Of a DNA stretch of 64,000 nt, positions 46,814-59,514 are shown one piece after another (positions within the stretch are counted from its first letter, which is position 1; each line of letters starts with the position of its first letter). A program made the position numbers and the translations under genes. The stretch covers positions 153,328,001-153,392,000 of the forward strand of contig CM059431.1 in the NCBI GenBank assembly GCA_030390025.1. The letters run 5' to 3'. Origin of the DNA: Squalus acanthias (lineage: Eukaryota). Under the pieces are notes generated by a model. The model did no database searches. It was given only the letters and a program-made list of their open reading frames with translations, and was not told where the DNA came from.

Positions 46814-49800
46814 TCCCCATCAGAGACCGCTTTTAAAGAGAGAGTCTCGCCAGCAGGGACCTGTTTTAAAGAGAGAGTCTCAACTACTGGAACCCCTTTT
46901 CAAGAGCGTGTTTCAGCATCAGGGAGCACTTTTAAAGAGATAATCTCCACATCATGGGCCCCTTTTAAACAGGGAGTCTCAACATCAGGGAGCCCATTTA
47001 AGGAGGGTGTCTCATCATCCGGGACGCATTTTAAAGAGAGAATCTTGCCATCAGCGAACAGTTTTAAAGAGGGACTCTCACCAGCAGGGAATGCTTTTAA
47101 AGAGTGATGCTGACCGTCAGGGAACTCTTTTAAAGACAGAGTCTTTCTTTCAGAAACCCCTCTTAAAGAGTGAGTCTCAACCTATTGGTCCCATTTTGAA
47201 GACAGAGACTTTCTATCTGGGACACATTTTAAAGAGGGCATCTTTCTATCAGGGACAATTTTAATGAGAGAGTCTCAACATCAGGGACCACTTTTAAAGT
47301 GAATAACTTTCTATCAAGGACCCCTTTCAAAGAGGTTTTCTTTCTAAGAGGGACCCATTTTTAATGAGAGAGTCTCACCATGAGGGACCACATTTAAAGA
47401 GGGTGTCTCACCATCAGGTAGCCCTTTTAAAGAGGGATACTCACCTTAAAGGATCCCTTTTAAAGAGGGAGTCTCGCCATCAGGGATCCCTTTTAAAGAG
47501 GGATTCCTTCTATCAGGGAGAACTTTTAAAGATGGAGTCTCCATATCAGAGTCCATTTTAAAGAGGGGGTTATTTCTATCAGGGAGCACTTTTAAAGATA
47601 GTTTTACCTGCAGGGTCCCCGTTTAAAGAGTGAGTCTCACCATCAGGGATTCCTTTTAAACAGATAGTCTCACCATCAGGGACCCCTTTTAAAGCGGGAG
47701 TCTCACCCTCGGGGACCCTTTTTAACGAGGGAGTCTCACCATCAGGTACCATTTTAAAGAGGCTGTTTCAGCATCAGGGATATATTTAAAAGATAGAGTC
47801 TCACCATCAGGGGCCCATTTTAAAGAGGGAGCATCCCTTTCAGTAACGCCTTTTAATGAGAGATTCAGTCCACCAGGGACCCTTTTTAAAGAAGGACTTT
47901 CACCATCAGGGACACCTTTTAAAGAGGATTTATTTCTATCAGGCAATCCTTTTAAAGTAAATCTTCCTATTAGGGACAATTTTTTGAGATGAGAGTCTCA
48001 CAATCAGGGACCCCTTTTAAAGTTTCGAGTGTCTCCATCAGGTACGCCTTTTAAAGAGGGTGTCTCCCCATCTTGGACCCCATTTAAAGAGATAGTATCA
48101 CCATCTGGGAACGCTTTTAAAGATACAGTCTCTACATCAGGGAACACTTATAAAGAGAGAGTATCACCATCAGGGAAAACTTTTAAAGAGAGTGTCTTTC
48201 TATCAGGGACCCCTTTTAAAGAGAATCTTCCTATTGGCATACCTTTTAAAGAGGGTGTTTTAGCATCAGGGATTCCTTTAATTGGGGAGTCTCACCAAAA
48301 GGGATCCCTTTTAAAGAGAGAGTCTTTCCATCAGGGAACCCTTTTAAAGAGGGAGTCTCACCCTCGTGTACCCATTATAAAGAGAGAGTCTATCTATCAG
48401 GTACAACTTTTAAAGAGAGAGTTTCGCCATTAGGGACCCCAGTTAAAGAGGGAGTACCCCTGTCAGGAATGTCTTTCAAAGAGTAAGTTTCACCATCACG
48501 GACCCCTTTTAAAGAGAGAGTCTCATCATCAGGGATCGCTTTTAAAGAGATAGTCTCTCCATCAAGGACACCTTTTAAATAGAGAGTAACACTATCAGGG
48601 ACCGCTTTTAAAGAGGAAGTCTCACCATCATGGAATCCTTTTAAAGAGGTTGTTTCAGCATAAGGGATTCCTATTGAAGAGTGAGTCTCACCATCAGGGA
48701 CCTATTTTAAAGAGAGAGTCTTACCATCAGGGACCCCTATTTACGAGAATGTCTTTCTATCAAGCACCGCTTTTAAAGAGGGTGTATTTCTATCAGTGAA
48801 TCCTTTTAAAGAGGTAGTGTCTCCATCAGGGCCAACATTTAAAGAGGGTGTCTCACTATCAGGGAACCATTTATAGAATTAGTCTCCCCATCAGGGAACA
48901 CTTTTACCGAGAGTATCTTTCTATTAGGGGCCCATTTAAAAGATGGAGTATCACAATCAAGGAAACCGTTTAAAAAGAGAGAGTCTCACCTTCAGGGACC
49001 GCATTTAAAGAGATGGTCTCACCAGCAGGGATGCCTTTTAATGAGAGAGTATCACCATCAGGGACACCTTTTAAAGAGGGAGTCTCACTATCAGGGACCC
49101 CTTTAAAGACGGTGTCTCATATCAGGGACCACTTAATAAGTGGGAGTCTCACCAATAGGGACACCTTTTAAAGAGTGATTCTCACCATCAGGAACCCCTT
49201 TATAAAGATAGTCTCCCCATTGGGGACCCCTTTTAATGTAGCTCACCATCAGGGTCCCCTTATAAAAAGCGTGTATCAGCAAAAGGGACTCATATTAAAG
49301 AGGGTGTCTCACCATCAGGGACCCCTTTTAAGGAGATTCACCAGCAGGAACGCATTTAAAGAGAAAGTCATTCTATTAGAGACACCTTAAAATGGAATGT
49401 TCCTAGCAGGGACACATTTTAAATAGAGAGTGCCTCCATCAGGGACCCCTTTTAAACAGGGAATCTCACAATCAGGGACCCCTTTTAAAGAGAGAATCCC
49501 AACATCAGATACCCTTTTAAAGAGGGAGTCTTTCTATCAGGGAGCCTTTTTAAGAAGTGATTTCTCACCATCAGGAATCCCCTTTAAAGTGTGAATCTTA
49601 CGCTCTGGGACCCCTTTTAAAAAGTGAGTCTCACCATCAGGGACCGCTTTTAAAGAGATAATCTACCCATTAGGGCTCCCTTTGAAGAGGGAGTCTCACC
49701 ATCAGTGGCCCATTTTAAAGAGAGAGTCTTTCTATCAAGGATCCCTTTTAAAAAAGCGTTTTTCTATCAGGGAAACCAGAAAGAGAGAGTCTCCCCATTA

Positions 49801-52800
49801 GGGACACTTTTAAAGAATCTGTCTCACCTTTGGAGACCCCTTTTTAAGAGGATGTTTCAGCATGAGTGTCTCCGATTAAAGAGGGAGTCTCACTATCAGG
49901 GACCCCTTTTAAAGAGGAAATCTCACCATCAGGGACCCCTTTTAAAGAGGGAGTCTCACCATCATGGACCCCTTTTAAAGTGAAAGTCTTTCTATCAGTG
50001 ATTACTTTTAAAGAGGGAGACTCACCCTCAGGAAACACTTTTAAAGAGAGCCTTACCATCAGGGTCCCCTTTTACAGAGTTACTCTCACCAACAGGTTCC
50101 CCTTTTAAAGAGAGTATCTCACCATCAGAGGCCCTTTTAAAGAGGGATTCTTTCTTTCAAGGACCCCATTTAAAGTGAGAGTCTCACCATTAGGGAACCC
50201 TTTTTAAGAGGCTCACCGTCAGGGACCAATTTATTGGAGAATCTCACCGTCAGAGATGCTTTTAAAGATGGTGTCTTTCTAGCAGGGAGCCCTTTTAAAG
50301 GGTGAGTCTCACACTCAGGACCCCCTTTTAAAGAGGGAGTCTCACCATCAGGGACTCATTTTAAAGATGAATCTCAACGTCAGCGATCCTTTTAAAGAGG
50401 GAGTCTTTCTTTCAAGGACCCCTTTTAAAGTGAAAGTCTCCCCATTAGGGACCCCTTTTAAAGAAGCTCACCTTCAGGGACCAATTTTAAAAAGGGTGGA
50501 TATGCATCAGAGACTCCTTTTAAAGAAAGAGTCTCAACATCATGTCCAATTTTAAAGAGAGAATATCATCGTCAGTGATCCCTTTTAAAGAGGGTGTCTG
50601 TCCATCAGTGGCCCCTTTTAAAGAAAGAGTCACCATCAGGAAGCACTTTTAAAGAGAGCTTTACCATCAGGATCCCCTTTTAAAGAGAGAATCTCACCAT
50701 CAGAGGCACTTTTAAAGAGGGATTATTTCTTTCAAGGACCCCATTTAAAGTGCGAGTCTCTCCATTAGGGACCCCTTTTAAAGAGAGAATCTCACCATCA
50801 GAGGCACTTTTAAAGAGGGATTATTTCTTTCAAGGACCCCATTTAAAGTGAGAGTCTCACCATTAGGGACCCCTTTTATAAAGTGAGTCTCACCATCATT
50901 GATCAATTTTAAAGAGAGATTCTTTCTATCATGGACCGCTTTAAAAGAGAGAATCTCACCATCAGGGACACTTTTAAAGAGGGAGTCTTTCTTTCAAGGA
51001 CACCTTTCAAAGAGAGAGTCTCCCCATTAGGGATCCCTTTTAAAGAAGATGTCTCACCATCAGGGATCTCTTTTAAATGTGGAGTATTTCTATCAGGGAG
51101 TACCTTTAAAGAGGGAGACTCACCATCAGAGACCCTTTTAAAGAGGGAGTCTTTCTATCAGGTAGCCCTTTAAAGTGAGTCTTACAATCAGCGACCGCTT
51201 TTAAAGAGTGAGTCTCAGCATCAGGGACCCATTTTAAAGAAAGAGTCTTTCTATCAGGTACCCCTTTTAAATTGGGCGTCTTTCTATCAGGGACGCCATA
51301 GAGGGAGAGTCTCCCCATTAGGGACACATTTTAAAGAAGCAGTCTCACCATCAGGGACTCTTTTAAAGAGGGTGTTTCAGCATCAGGGACTCCTATTAAA
51401 GAGGGAGTCTCACCATATGGGAACCAATTTAAAGAGGGAGTCTCACCATCAGGGACCCCTTTTAAAGAGGAAGTCTCACCATCAGGGACCCCTTTTAACT
51501 AGAGAGTCTCCCCCTAAGGAAACTCTTTTAAAGAAGAAGTTTCACCGTCAGAGATCGCTATTAAAGAGGGAGTCTCACCATAAAGGCACACCTTTTAAAG
51601 AGGGATTCTGTATATCAGAGTATAAACGAGAGAGTCTCATCATTAGGGATCACTTTTAAAGAGGGAGGCTTACCATCAGGGACCCCTTTTACAGATTGAG
51701 TCTCACCATCAGTGATCCCTTTTAAAGATAGTCTCAAACTCAGGGACCCCTTTTAAAGAGAGAATCTCACCAACAGTGACACTTTTAAAGAGATAATCTC
51801 ACCATCAGAGACCCTTTTAAAGTGGGAGTCTTTCTTTCAAGTACAACTTTTAGTGAGATTCTCACCATCAGGAAACCCTTTTAAAGAGAGAATCATACCG
51901 TCAGAGGCGCTTTTAAAGAGAGTCCTTCTATCGGGGACCCGTTTGTAAGACTGAGTCTAACCTTCGAGAATCCATTTTAAAGAGAGAGTCTTTCTATCAG
52001 GTACCCCTATTAAAGTGGGCGTCTTTCCATCAGGGACCTCATAGAGAGAGAGTATCCCCATTAGGGAAACATTTTAAAGAGGGTGTCTCACCATCAGGGA
52101 CCCCTTTGAAAGAAGAAGTCTCACCATCAAGTATCCCTTTTAACTAGAGAGTCTCCCCATAAGGGAACCCTTTTAATGAAGAAGTCTCCACGTCAGTGAT
52201 CGCTTTTAAATAGGGTCTCACCATAAGGGACACCATTTAAAGAGGGAGTCTGCTAATCAGGGGCCCCTTATAAACGAGAGAGTCTCACCCTTAGGGATCA
52301 CATTTAATGAGGAAGTCTCACCATCAGAGTCCCCTTTTAACGAGAGGTTCTTAACCAACAGCGACCCCTTTTAAAGAGGGAGTATCTCCTTCAGTGAACC
52401 CTTTTAATGAGAGAGTCTCTCCACTCGGGAACTCTTTTAAAGATGGAGTTTCAACATCAGGGACCCCTTTTAAATAGGGTGTCTCACCATTAGGGACATC
52501 TTTTAAAGAGGGTGTCTCACCATCAGGGACGCCTTTTACAGAGGGAGTCTCACCATCAGCGGCCCATTTTAAAGAGAGAGTCTTTCTATGAAGGACCCCT
52601 TCAAAAAGGGCGTCTTTCTTTCAGGGACCCCATAAAGAGAGAGTCTCCCCATTAGGGACACTTTTAAAGAGGATGTTTCAGCATCAGGGATTCCGATTAA
52701 AGAGTGAATCTCACCATCAGGGTCCCTTTTAAAGAGCGAGTCGCACCATCAAGGTCGCCTTTTAAAGAGAGAGATTCGCCATCAGGGTAACCTTTTAAAG

Positions 52801-54072
52801 AGGGAGTCTTCGTATCAGGGAGGCATTTTCAAGAGGGTGCCTCACTATCAGCGACTACTTTTAAAGAGGGAGTCTAACCATCAGTGGTACCTTTTAAAGA
52901 GAGAGTCTCTCCTTTAGAGGCCCGTCTTAAAGAGGTGTTGCACCAGCAGGGTCCCCATTAAAACGGGAGTCTCACCATCAGGGATCCGATTTAAAGAGGA
53001 ACTCTCCCCACCAGGGACCCCTTTTAAATAGAGTGTCTCACCATTAGGGACCGCTTTTAAAGAGAGAATCTCACAATCAGAGATACTTTTAAAGAGGGAG
53101 ACTTTCGTTCAAGTACACCTTTTAAAGTGGGAGTCCCACCATCAAGGACCACTTTTAAAGAGAGAATCAAACCGTCAGAGACGCTTTTAAAGAGTGAGTC
53201 TTTGTAGCAGGGAGCCCTTTTAAAGGGAGAGTCTCACACTCAGGGCTCACTTTTAAAGAGAGAATCTCACCATCAGAGACCATTTTAAAGAGGAGTCTTT
53301 CCAACAGGTAGCCCTTTTAAAGAGTGAGTCTCACCCTCGGGGACTCATTTTAAAGAGAGAGTCTTTCTATCAGGGACCCCTTTTAAAGAGGACGTCTTTC
53401 TATCAGGCGACCCCATAGAGAGAGAGTTTCCACATTAGGGACACTTTTTAAAGAGTCAGTCTCAACATCAGGGACCCCTTTAAAGAGGGTGTTTCAGAAT
53501 CAGGGACTCCTATTAAAGAGGGAATCTCACCATATCGGACCACTTTTAAAGAGGGAGTCTGACCATCAGGGACCACTTTTAAAGAGGGAGCCTCACCATC
53601 AGGGAGCCCTTTTAAAGTGAGATTCACCCAATTATGGATACCTTTTAATGAGGAAATCTCACCATCAGAGTCCGCTTTTAAAGAGAGAGTTTCACCATCA
53701 GGGTCCTCTTTTAAAGAGGAAGTCTTTCTATCAGGCAGCCCATTTAATTTGAGTCTTTCCATCAGGGACCACTTTTGAAGAGAGAGTCTGACCATCAGGG
53801 TCCCCTTTTAAAGTGGGTGTATCCCCTTCAGTTACCACTATTAATGAGAGAGTCTCTACAACAGGGACCACTTTTAAAGAGGGAATCTCACTATCAGGGC
53901 CCCCTTTTAAAGAGAGTGTCTTTCTATCAGTGACCCCTTTTAAAATGGAAGTCTTTCTATCAGCGACTCCTTTTAAAGAGAGAGTCTCCCATTAGGGACA
54001 CTTTTTAAAGACGGAGTCTCACCATCAGTATTCCCTTTTAAAGAGGGTATTTCAGCATCAGGGACTCCTATT

Positions 54073-54646
54073 CATAGAATCATAGAAGATAGGAGCAGGA
54101 GTAGGCCAATCGGCCCCTTTAGCCTGCTCCGCCCTCCAATGCGATCATGGCTGATTATCCAAATTCAGTACGCTGTCCCTGCTTTCTCCCCATATCCCTT
54201 GATCCCTTTAGCCTTAAGAAATATAACCAACTCCTTCTTGAATCTATTTAATGAATTGGCGTCTACTGCCTTCGGTGGCACAGAATTCCACAGGTTCACC
54301 ACTCTCTGGGTGATGAAATTCCTCCTCATTTCTGTCCTAAATGGCTTACCCCTTATCCTTAGACTGTGACCCCTGGTTCTGGACTCCCCGACCATCGGGA
54401 ACATCCTCCCTGCATCTAGTTTCTCCTGTCCTGTCAGAATTATATATGTTTCAATGAGATCCCCTCTCATTCTTCTAAATTCCAGCGAGTATAAGCCCAA
54501 TCGACCCAATCTCGCTTCATACGTCATTCCTGCCATCCCAGGTATCAGCCTGGTAAATCTTCGCTGAACTCCTTCCATGGCAAGAACATCCTTCCTTAGA
54601 TAAGGCGATCAAAACTGCATAAAGTACGCAATGTGTGGTCTCACCA
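54073..54646 (-). mobile_element. CR1 3' fragment
   Basis: ORF 54165-54578 is the ORF2 C-terminus (VQRRFTRLIPG..RRMRGDLIE..TRGH..WNS). 3' UTR and (TTCTATGA)n tail at 54073. Confidence 0.92.
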
Positions 54647-57600
54647 TCAGGGACCCCTTTTAAAGAGGGAGTCTCAACAGCAGGGGCCCCTTTTAAAGAG
54701 GGTGTTTTTCTATCAGCGAGTCATTTTAATGTGAGTCTTACCATCAAAGACCCCTATTAATGAGTGAGTCTCACCATCAGAGATTCCTTAAAAGAGGGAG
54801 TGCCTCCATCAGGGACCCCATTTAAAGAAAGAGTGTCTCCATCAGGGACCACTTTTAAAGAGTAGGTTTCTCCAACACGAATCCCTTTTAAATAGAGTGT
54901 CGCCCCATCAGGATCCCTTTTAAAGAGGGAGTCTCGGCAACAGGGACCCCTTTTGAAGAGGATGTATCAGCATCAGGGACTCCGATTAAAGAGGGTGTGT
55001 CTCTATCATGGACCGTTTTAAAAGAGGGTGTCACCCCATCAGGACCCCTTTTAAAAGGGAAGTCTGCCAAACAGGACCCCTTTTAAAGAGAGAACCTCAG
55101 CATCAGGGACAGCTTTTAAAGAGGGAGTCTCAGCATCAGGGGTTCCTTTTAAAACGGGAGTCTCACCATCAGGGATCCCTTTTAAAGAGTGAGTCTCATC
55201 GTCAGAGACCCTTTTAAAGAGGGAGTCTTTCTATCAGTGCGCCCTTTTAAAGAGAGTGTCTCACCATCAGGTATCCCTTTGAAAGAGAGGGACTCCACAT
55301 CAGAGACCCCTTTTAAAGAGAGAATTTCCCCATTAGGGATCCCTTTTAAAGAAGTCGCAACATCAGGGATCCCTTTTAAAGAGGGAGTCTTTCTATTAGG
55401 GAGTCCTTTTAAAGAGGGAGTATCGTCATCAGAGACCCAATTTAAAGAGAGACTCGCACCATCAGGGACCCCTTTTAAAGAGAAGGTCTCAACAAAAGGG
55501 GTCCCTTTTAAAGAGGGTGTCTCAACATCAGGGACACCTTTTAAAGGGAAAGCCTCACATTTAGGGCCCCACATAAAGAGGGAGTCTCACCATCAGGGAC
55601 TACTTTTAAATGAGAGGGTTTCCCCATTAGGATCCCTTTTAAAGAGAAGTCTCCCCATCAGAGACCCCTTTTAAAGAGAGAGTCTCTCCACCAGGGACTC
55701 CTTTTAAAGAGGGAGTCTTACAATCGGACAACTTTTCACAAGGGAGTCTCGCCATCAGGGACCCCTTTTAAAGAGGGAGTCTCCCCAACAAGGACAACTC
55801 TTAAAGAGGGGGTCTCACATCAGGGACGGCATTTAAAGTGAGAGTCTTTCTATCAGGGATCACTTTTAAAGAGGGAATCTCACCATCAGGGATCCCTTTT
55901 AAATAGAGAGTCACCATATCAGGGACCCCTTTAAAAGAGGGAGTCTCACCATCAGTGACCCTTGTTAAAGAGGAAGTCTCACCATCAGGGTCTCCTATTA
56001 AAGAGGGAATCTCAGCAACAGGGACACTTTCAAGTGGAATCTTTCTATCAGGGATCCATTTTAAAGAGGCTGTGTCATCATTAGAACCCCTTTTAAAGAG
56101 GGAGACTCACCATCTGGGAACCCTTTTAAAGAGAGAGTCCTGCTATCAGGAACCCCTTTTAAAGGGGTTTCTCACCAACAGGGACCCCTTTTAAAGAGGG
56201 ACTTTCACCATCAGGGACCCCTTTTAAAGGGGGTGTCTCACCAACAGGGATAGCTTTTAAAGAGGGTGTCTCACCATCCGGGACCTTTTTAAAGAGGCAG
56301 TCTCCCCATGAGGGACCCCTTTTAAAGAGAGAGTTTCGCCATCAGGTTCCCCTTTTAAAATGATAGTCTTTCTATCAGGGACCCCTTTTAAAGAGGGAGT
56401 CTCAGCATCAGGGAACCCATTTAAAGAGAGAATATCCCCATTAAAAGAAGAAGTCTCACCATCTGAGATCACTTTTAAAGAGGAGTCTTTCCAGCAGGGA
56501 GACGATTTAAAGCGGGAGTCTCACCACCACAGACCCAATTTAAAGAGAGAATCGCACCATCAGGACCCCTTTTAAAGATGGTGCATCACCTTCAGGGGCC
56601 CATTTTAATTAGATAGTCTCTCCACCAGGGACCCGTTTTAAAGAGGGAGTCGCACCATCACGGAACCCTTTTATAGAGGGAGTCTCCACAAAAGGGACTC
56701 CTTTTAAAGAGGAAGTCACACCATCAGGGTCTCCTTTTAAAGAGTGAGACTCACCATCAGGGACCACTTGTAAAGAGGAATCCTTGTATCAGGGATCCCT
56801 TTTAAAAAGGCTGTCTCGCCATTAGGACCCCTTTTAAAGAGGGAGTCTCAACATCTGGGAACACTTTTAAAAAAAGGTTCTTGCTATCAGGAACCCATTT
56901 TAAAGGGGGTGTCTCACGATCAGGGACCCCTTTTAAAAGGGAATCTCACCATCAGGGACACCTTTTGAAGGGGGTGTCTCACCAACAGGGATAGCTTTTA
57001 AAGAGGGTGTCTCACCATCCGGGACCTTTTTAAAGAGGCAGTCCCCATTAGTTACCCCTTTTAAAGAGAGAGTTTCGCCATCAGGTTCCCCTTTTAAAGA
57101 GGGAGTCTTTCTATCAGGGAACCCTTTTAAAGAGGGTGTCTCAGCATCAGGGACCCCATTAAAGAGAAAATATCCCCATTAGGGATCCCTTTAATAGAAT
57201 AAGTTTCACCATCAGGGATCACTTTTAAAGAGAGAGTATTTCCAGCAGGGAGTCAATTTAAACCGGGAGTCTCACCACCACAGATCCAATTTAAAGAGAG
57301 ATTCGCACCATCAAAGCTCCTTTTAAAGAGGGTGTATCACATTCAGTGGCCCATTTTAATTAGAGAGTCTCACCACCACAGACCCAATTTAAAGATAGAT
57401 TCGCACCATCAGGGCTCCCTTTAAAGAGGGTGTATCACCTTCAGGGGCCCATTTTAATTAGAGACTCTCTACACCAGGGACGCGTTTTAAAGAGGGAGTC
57501 GCACCATCACGGACCCCTTTTATAGAGGGAGTCTCCACAACAGGGACTCCTTTTAAAGAGAGAGTTTTGCCATCAGGGTCCACTTTTAAAGAGGGAGTCT

Positions 57601-59254
57601 TTCATTCAGGGAGCCCTTTTCATGTGACTCTTACCATCAGTGACCCCTTTTAAAGAGGGAGTGTTTCAATCAGGGTAACCTTTTAAAGAGGATGTCTCCC
57701 CATCAGGGACCCCTTTTGAGGAGGGTGTCTAACCATCAGGAGCCCCTTTTATAGAGGGAGACTAACCGTCAGGGACCCCTTTTAAAGTGGAAGTCTCACC
57801 ATCAGGGACCCCTTTTAGAGAGAGAGTCTCACCATCAGGGTTCCCTTTAAAAGAGGGTTATTTCTATCAGGGAGCCCTTTTAAAGCCAATGTAAACAACA
57901 GGGATCCCTTGTAAAGAGCTTGTTTTTCTATCAGGGAGCCCTTTTAAAGTTGGAGTCTCACGATCAGAGATTATTTTAAAGAGGAACCCTTTTAAAGAGA
58001 GTCTTAACATCTGGGACCCCTTTTAATGATTGAGTCTCACCATCAGTGGTCCCTGATAAAGAGAGAGTCTCACACTCTGGGACCCCTTTGAAAGAGCGTG
58101 TCTCACCATCAGGGACCGCTTTTAAAGAGGGAGTGTCTCCATCAGGTACCCCTTTTTAAAGAAAGAGAGTCTCCATCAGTGACACCTTTTAAAAAGGTTG
58201 TATCTTCATCAGGGACACCTTTTAAAGAGGGTGTCTACCCATCAGCATCCCTTTTAAATAGGGAGTCTCCCCAAAAGGGACACCTTTTAAAGAGGGAGCC
58301 TCACCATCAGGGACCCCTTTTAAAGAGGGAGTCTCACTATCAGGGACCCCTTTTAAAGAGGGAGTCTCACCATCAGGGACCCCTTTTAAATAGAGAGCCT
58401 CAACAACAGGGACCCCTTTTAAAGAAGAAGTCTTTCTCTCAGGTTCCCCTTTTAAAGAGAGTCTTACCATCCGGGACCAGTTTTAAAGTGTGAGTCTCAT
58501 CATCAGGGATCTCTTTTAAAGCGAGAGTCTCAACATCAGGGACCCCTTTTAAAGAGGCAGACTCCCCATCAGGGACCCCTTTTAAAGGGAGACTTTCGCC
58601 ATCAGGGTCCCCTTTTAAAGAGCGAGTCTTTATTTCAGGGACTCCTTTTAACGAGGGAGTCTCAGCATCAGCGACCACTTTTAAAGCGAAAATATCCCCA
58701 TTAGGGATCCCTTTCAAAGAAGAAGTCTCACCATCAGAGATCCTTTCAAAGAGTGAGACTCGCCATCAGGGACTCCTTGTAAAGAGGGAGTCTTTCTATC
58801 AGGGAGTGCATTTAAAGAGTGAGTCTCACCATCAGAGACACTATTAAAGAGGGAGTCTCACCATCAGGGACCCCTTATATAGTGGGAGCCTCAGCATCAG
58901 GTCCGCTATTAAAGAGGGTGTCTCACCATCAGGGACCTCTTTTAAAGAGAGACTTTCGCCATCAGGGTCCGCTTTTAAAGAAGGAAGCTTTCCATCAGGG
59001 ACTCCTTTAAACGAGTGTGTCTCAGCATCAGGGAGCCCTTTTAAAGCGAGAATTAGGGATCCTTTTCAAAGAAGAAGTCTCACCATCAGGGATTACTTTT
59101 AAAGAGGGAGTCTCACCTCCATAGGCCCGATTTAAAGAGAGAGTTGCACCATCAGGGACCCCTTTAAAGAAAGAGTATCCCCTTCACGGACCCATTTTAA
59201 TGAAAATGAGAAGTCGCACAACACCAGGTTATAGTCCAACAGATTTATTTAATT

Positions 59255-59293
59255 TTACAAGCTTTCGGAGCAGTTCGCTCCTTCGTCAGGTAA
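59255..59293 (-). ncRNA. Minimal type I hammerhead ribozyme-like motif
   Basis: Minus strand reads TTAC CTGACGA A GGAGC gaact GCTCC GAAA GCTT GTAA. It has the CUGANGA and GAAA cores, a 5-bp stem II, stem I TTAC/GTAA and a palindromic AAGCTT in place of stem III. Confidence 0.6.
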
Positions 59294-59514
59294 GTTTAGC
59301 AGTGAGAGAATCTCCCAGAATTCACAATTTAAACACAGACAAAATATATTCAAATCTTTCCCTACATCAAAGAGCATAGCCAAGACAATGAGATGTGTCC
59401 CAGGGGGTCCAACGTGTCAAACCACCTGCTGGCTGCATATCCTGTCAATCTGTGTAGGTTCTTGTGTTAGCCTTTTTTAAAAAAACACCTGGGAAGACCG
59501 GCCATGATGTCAAG

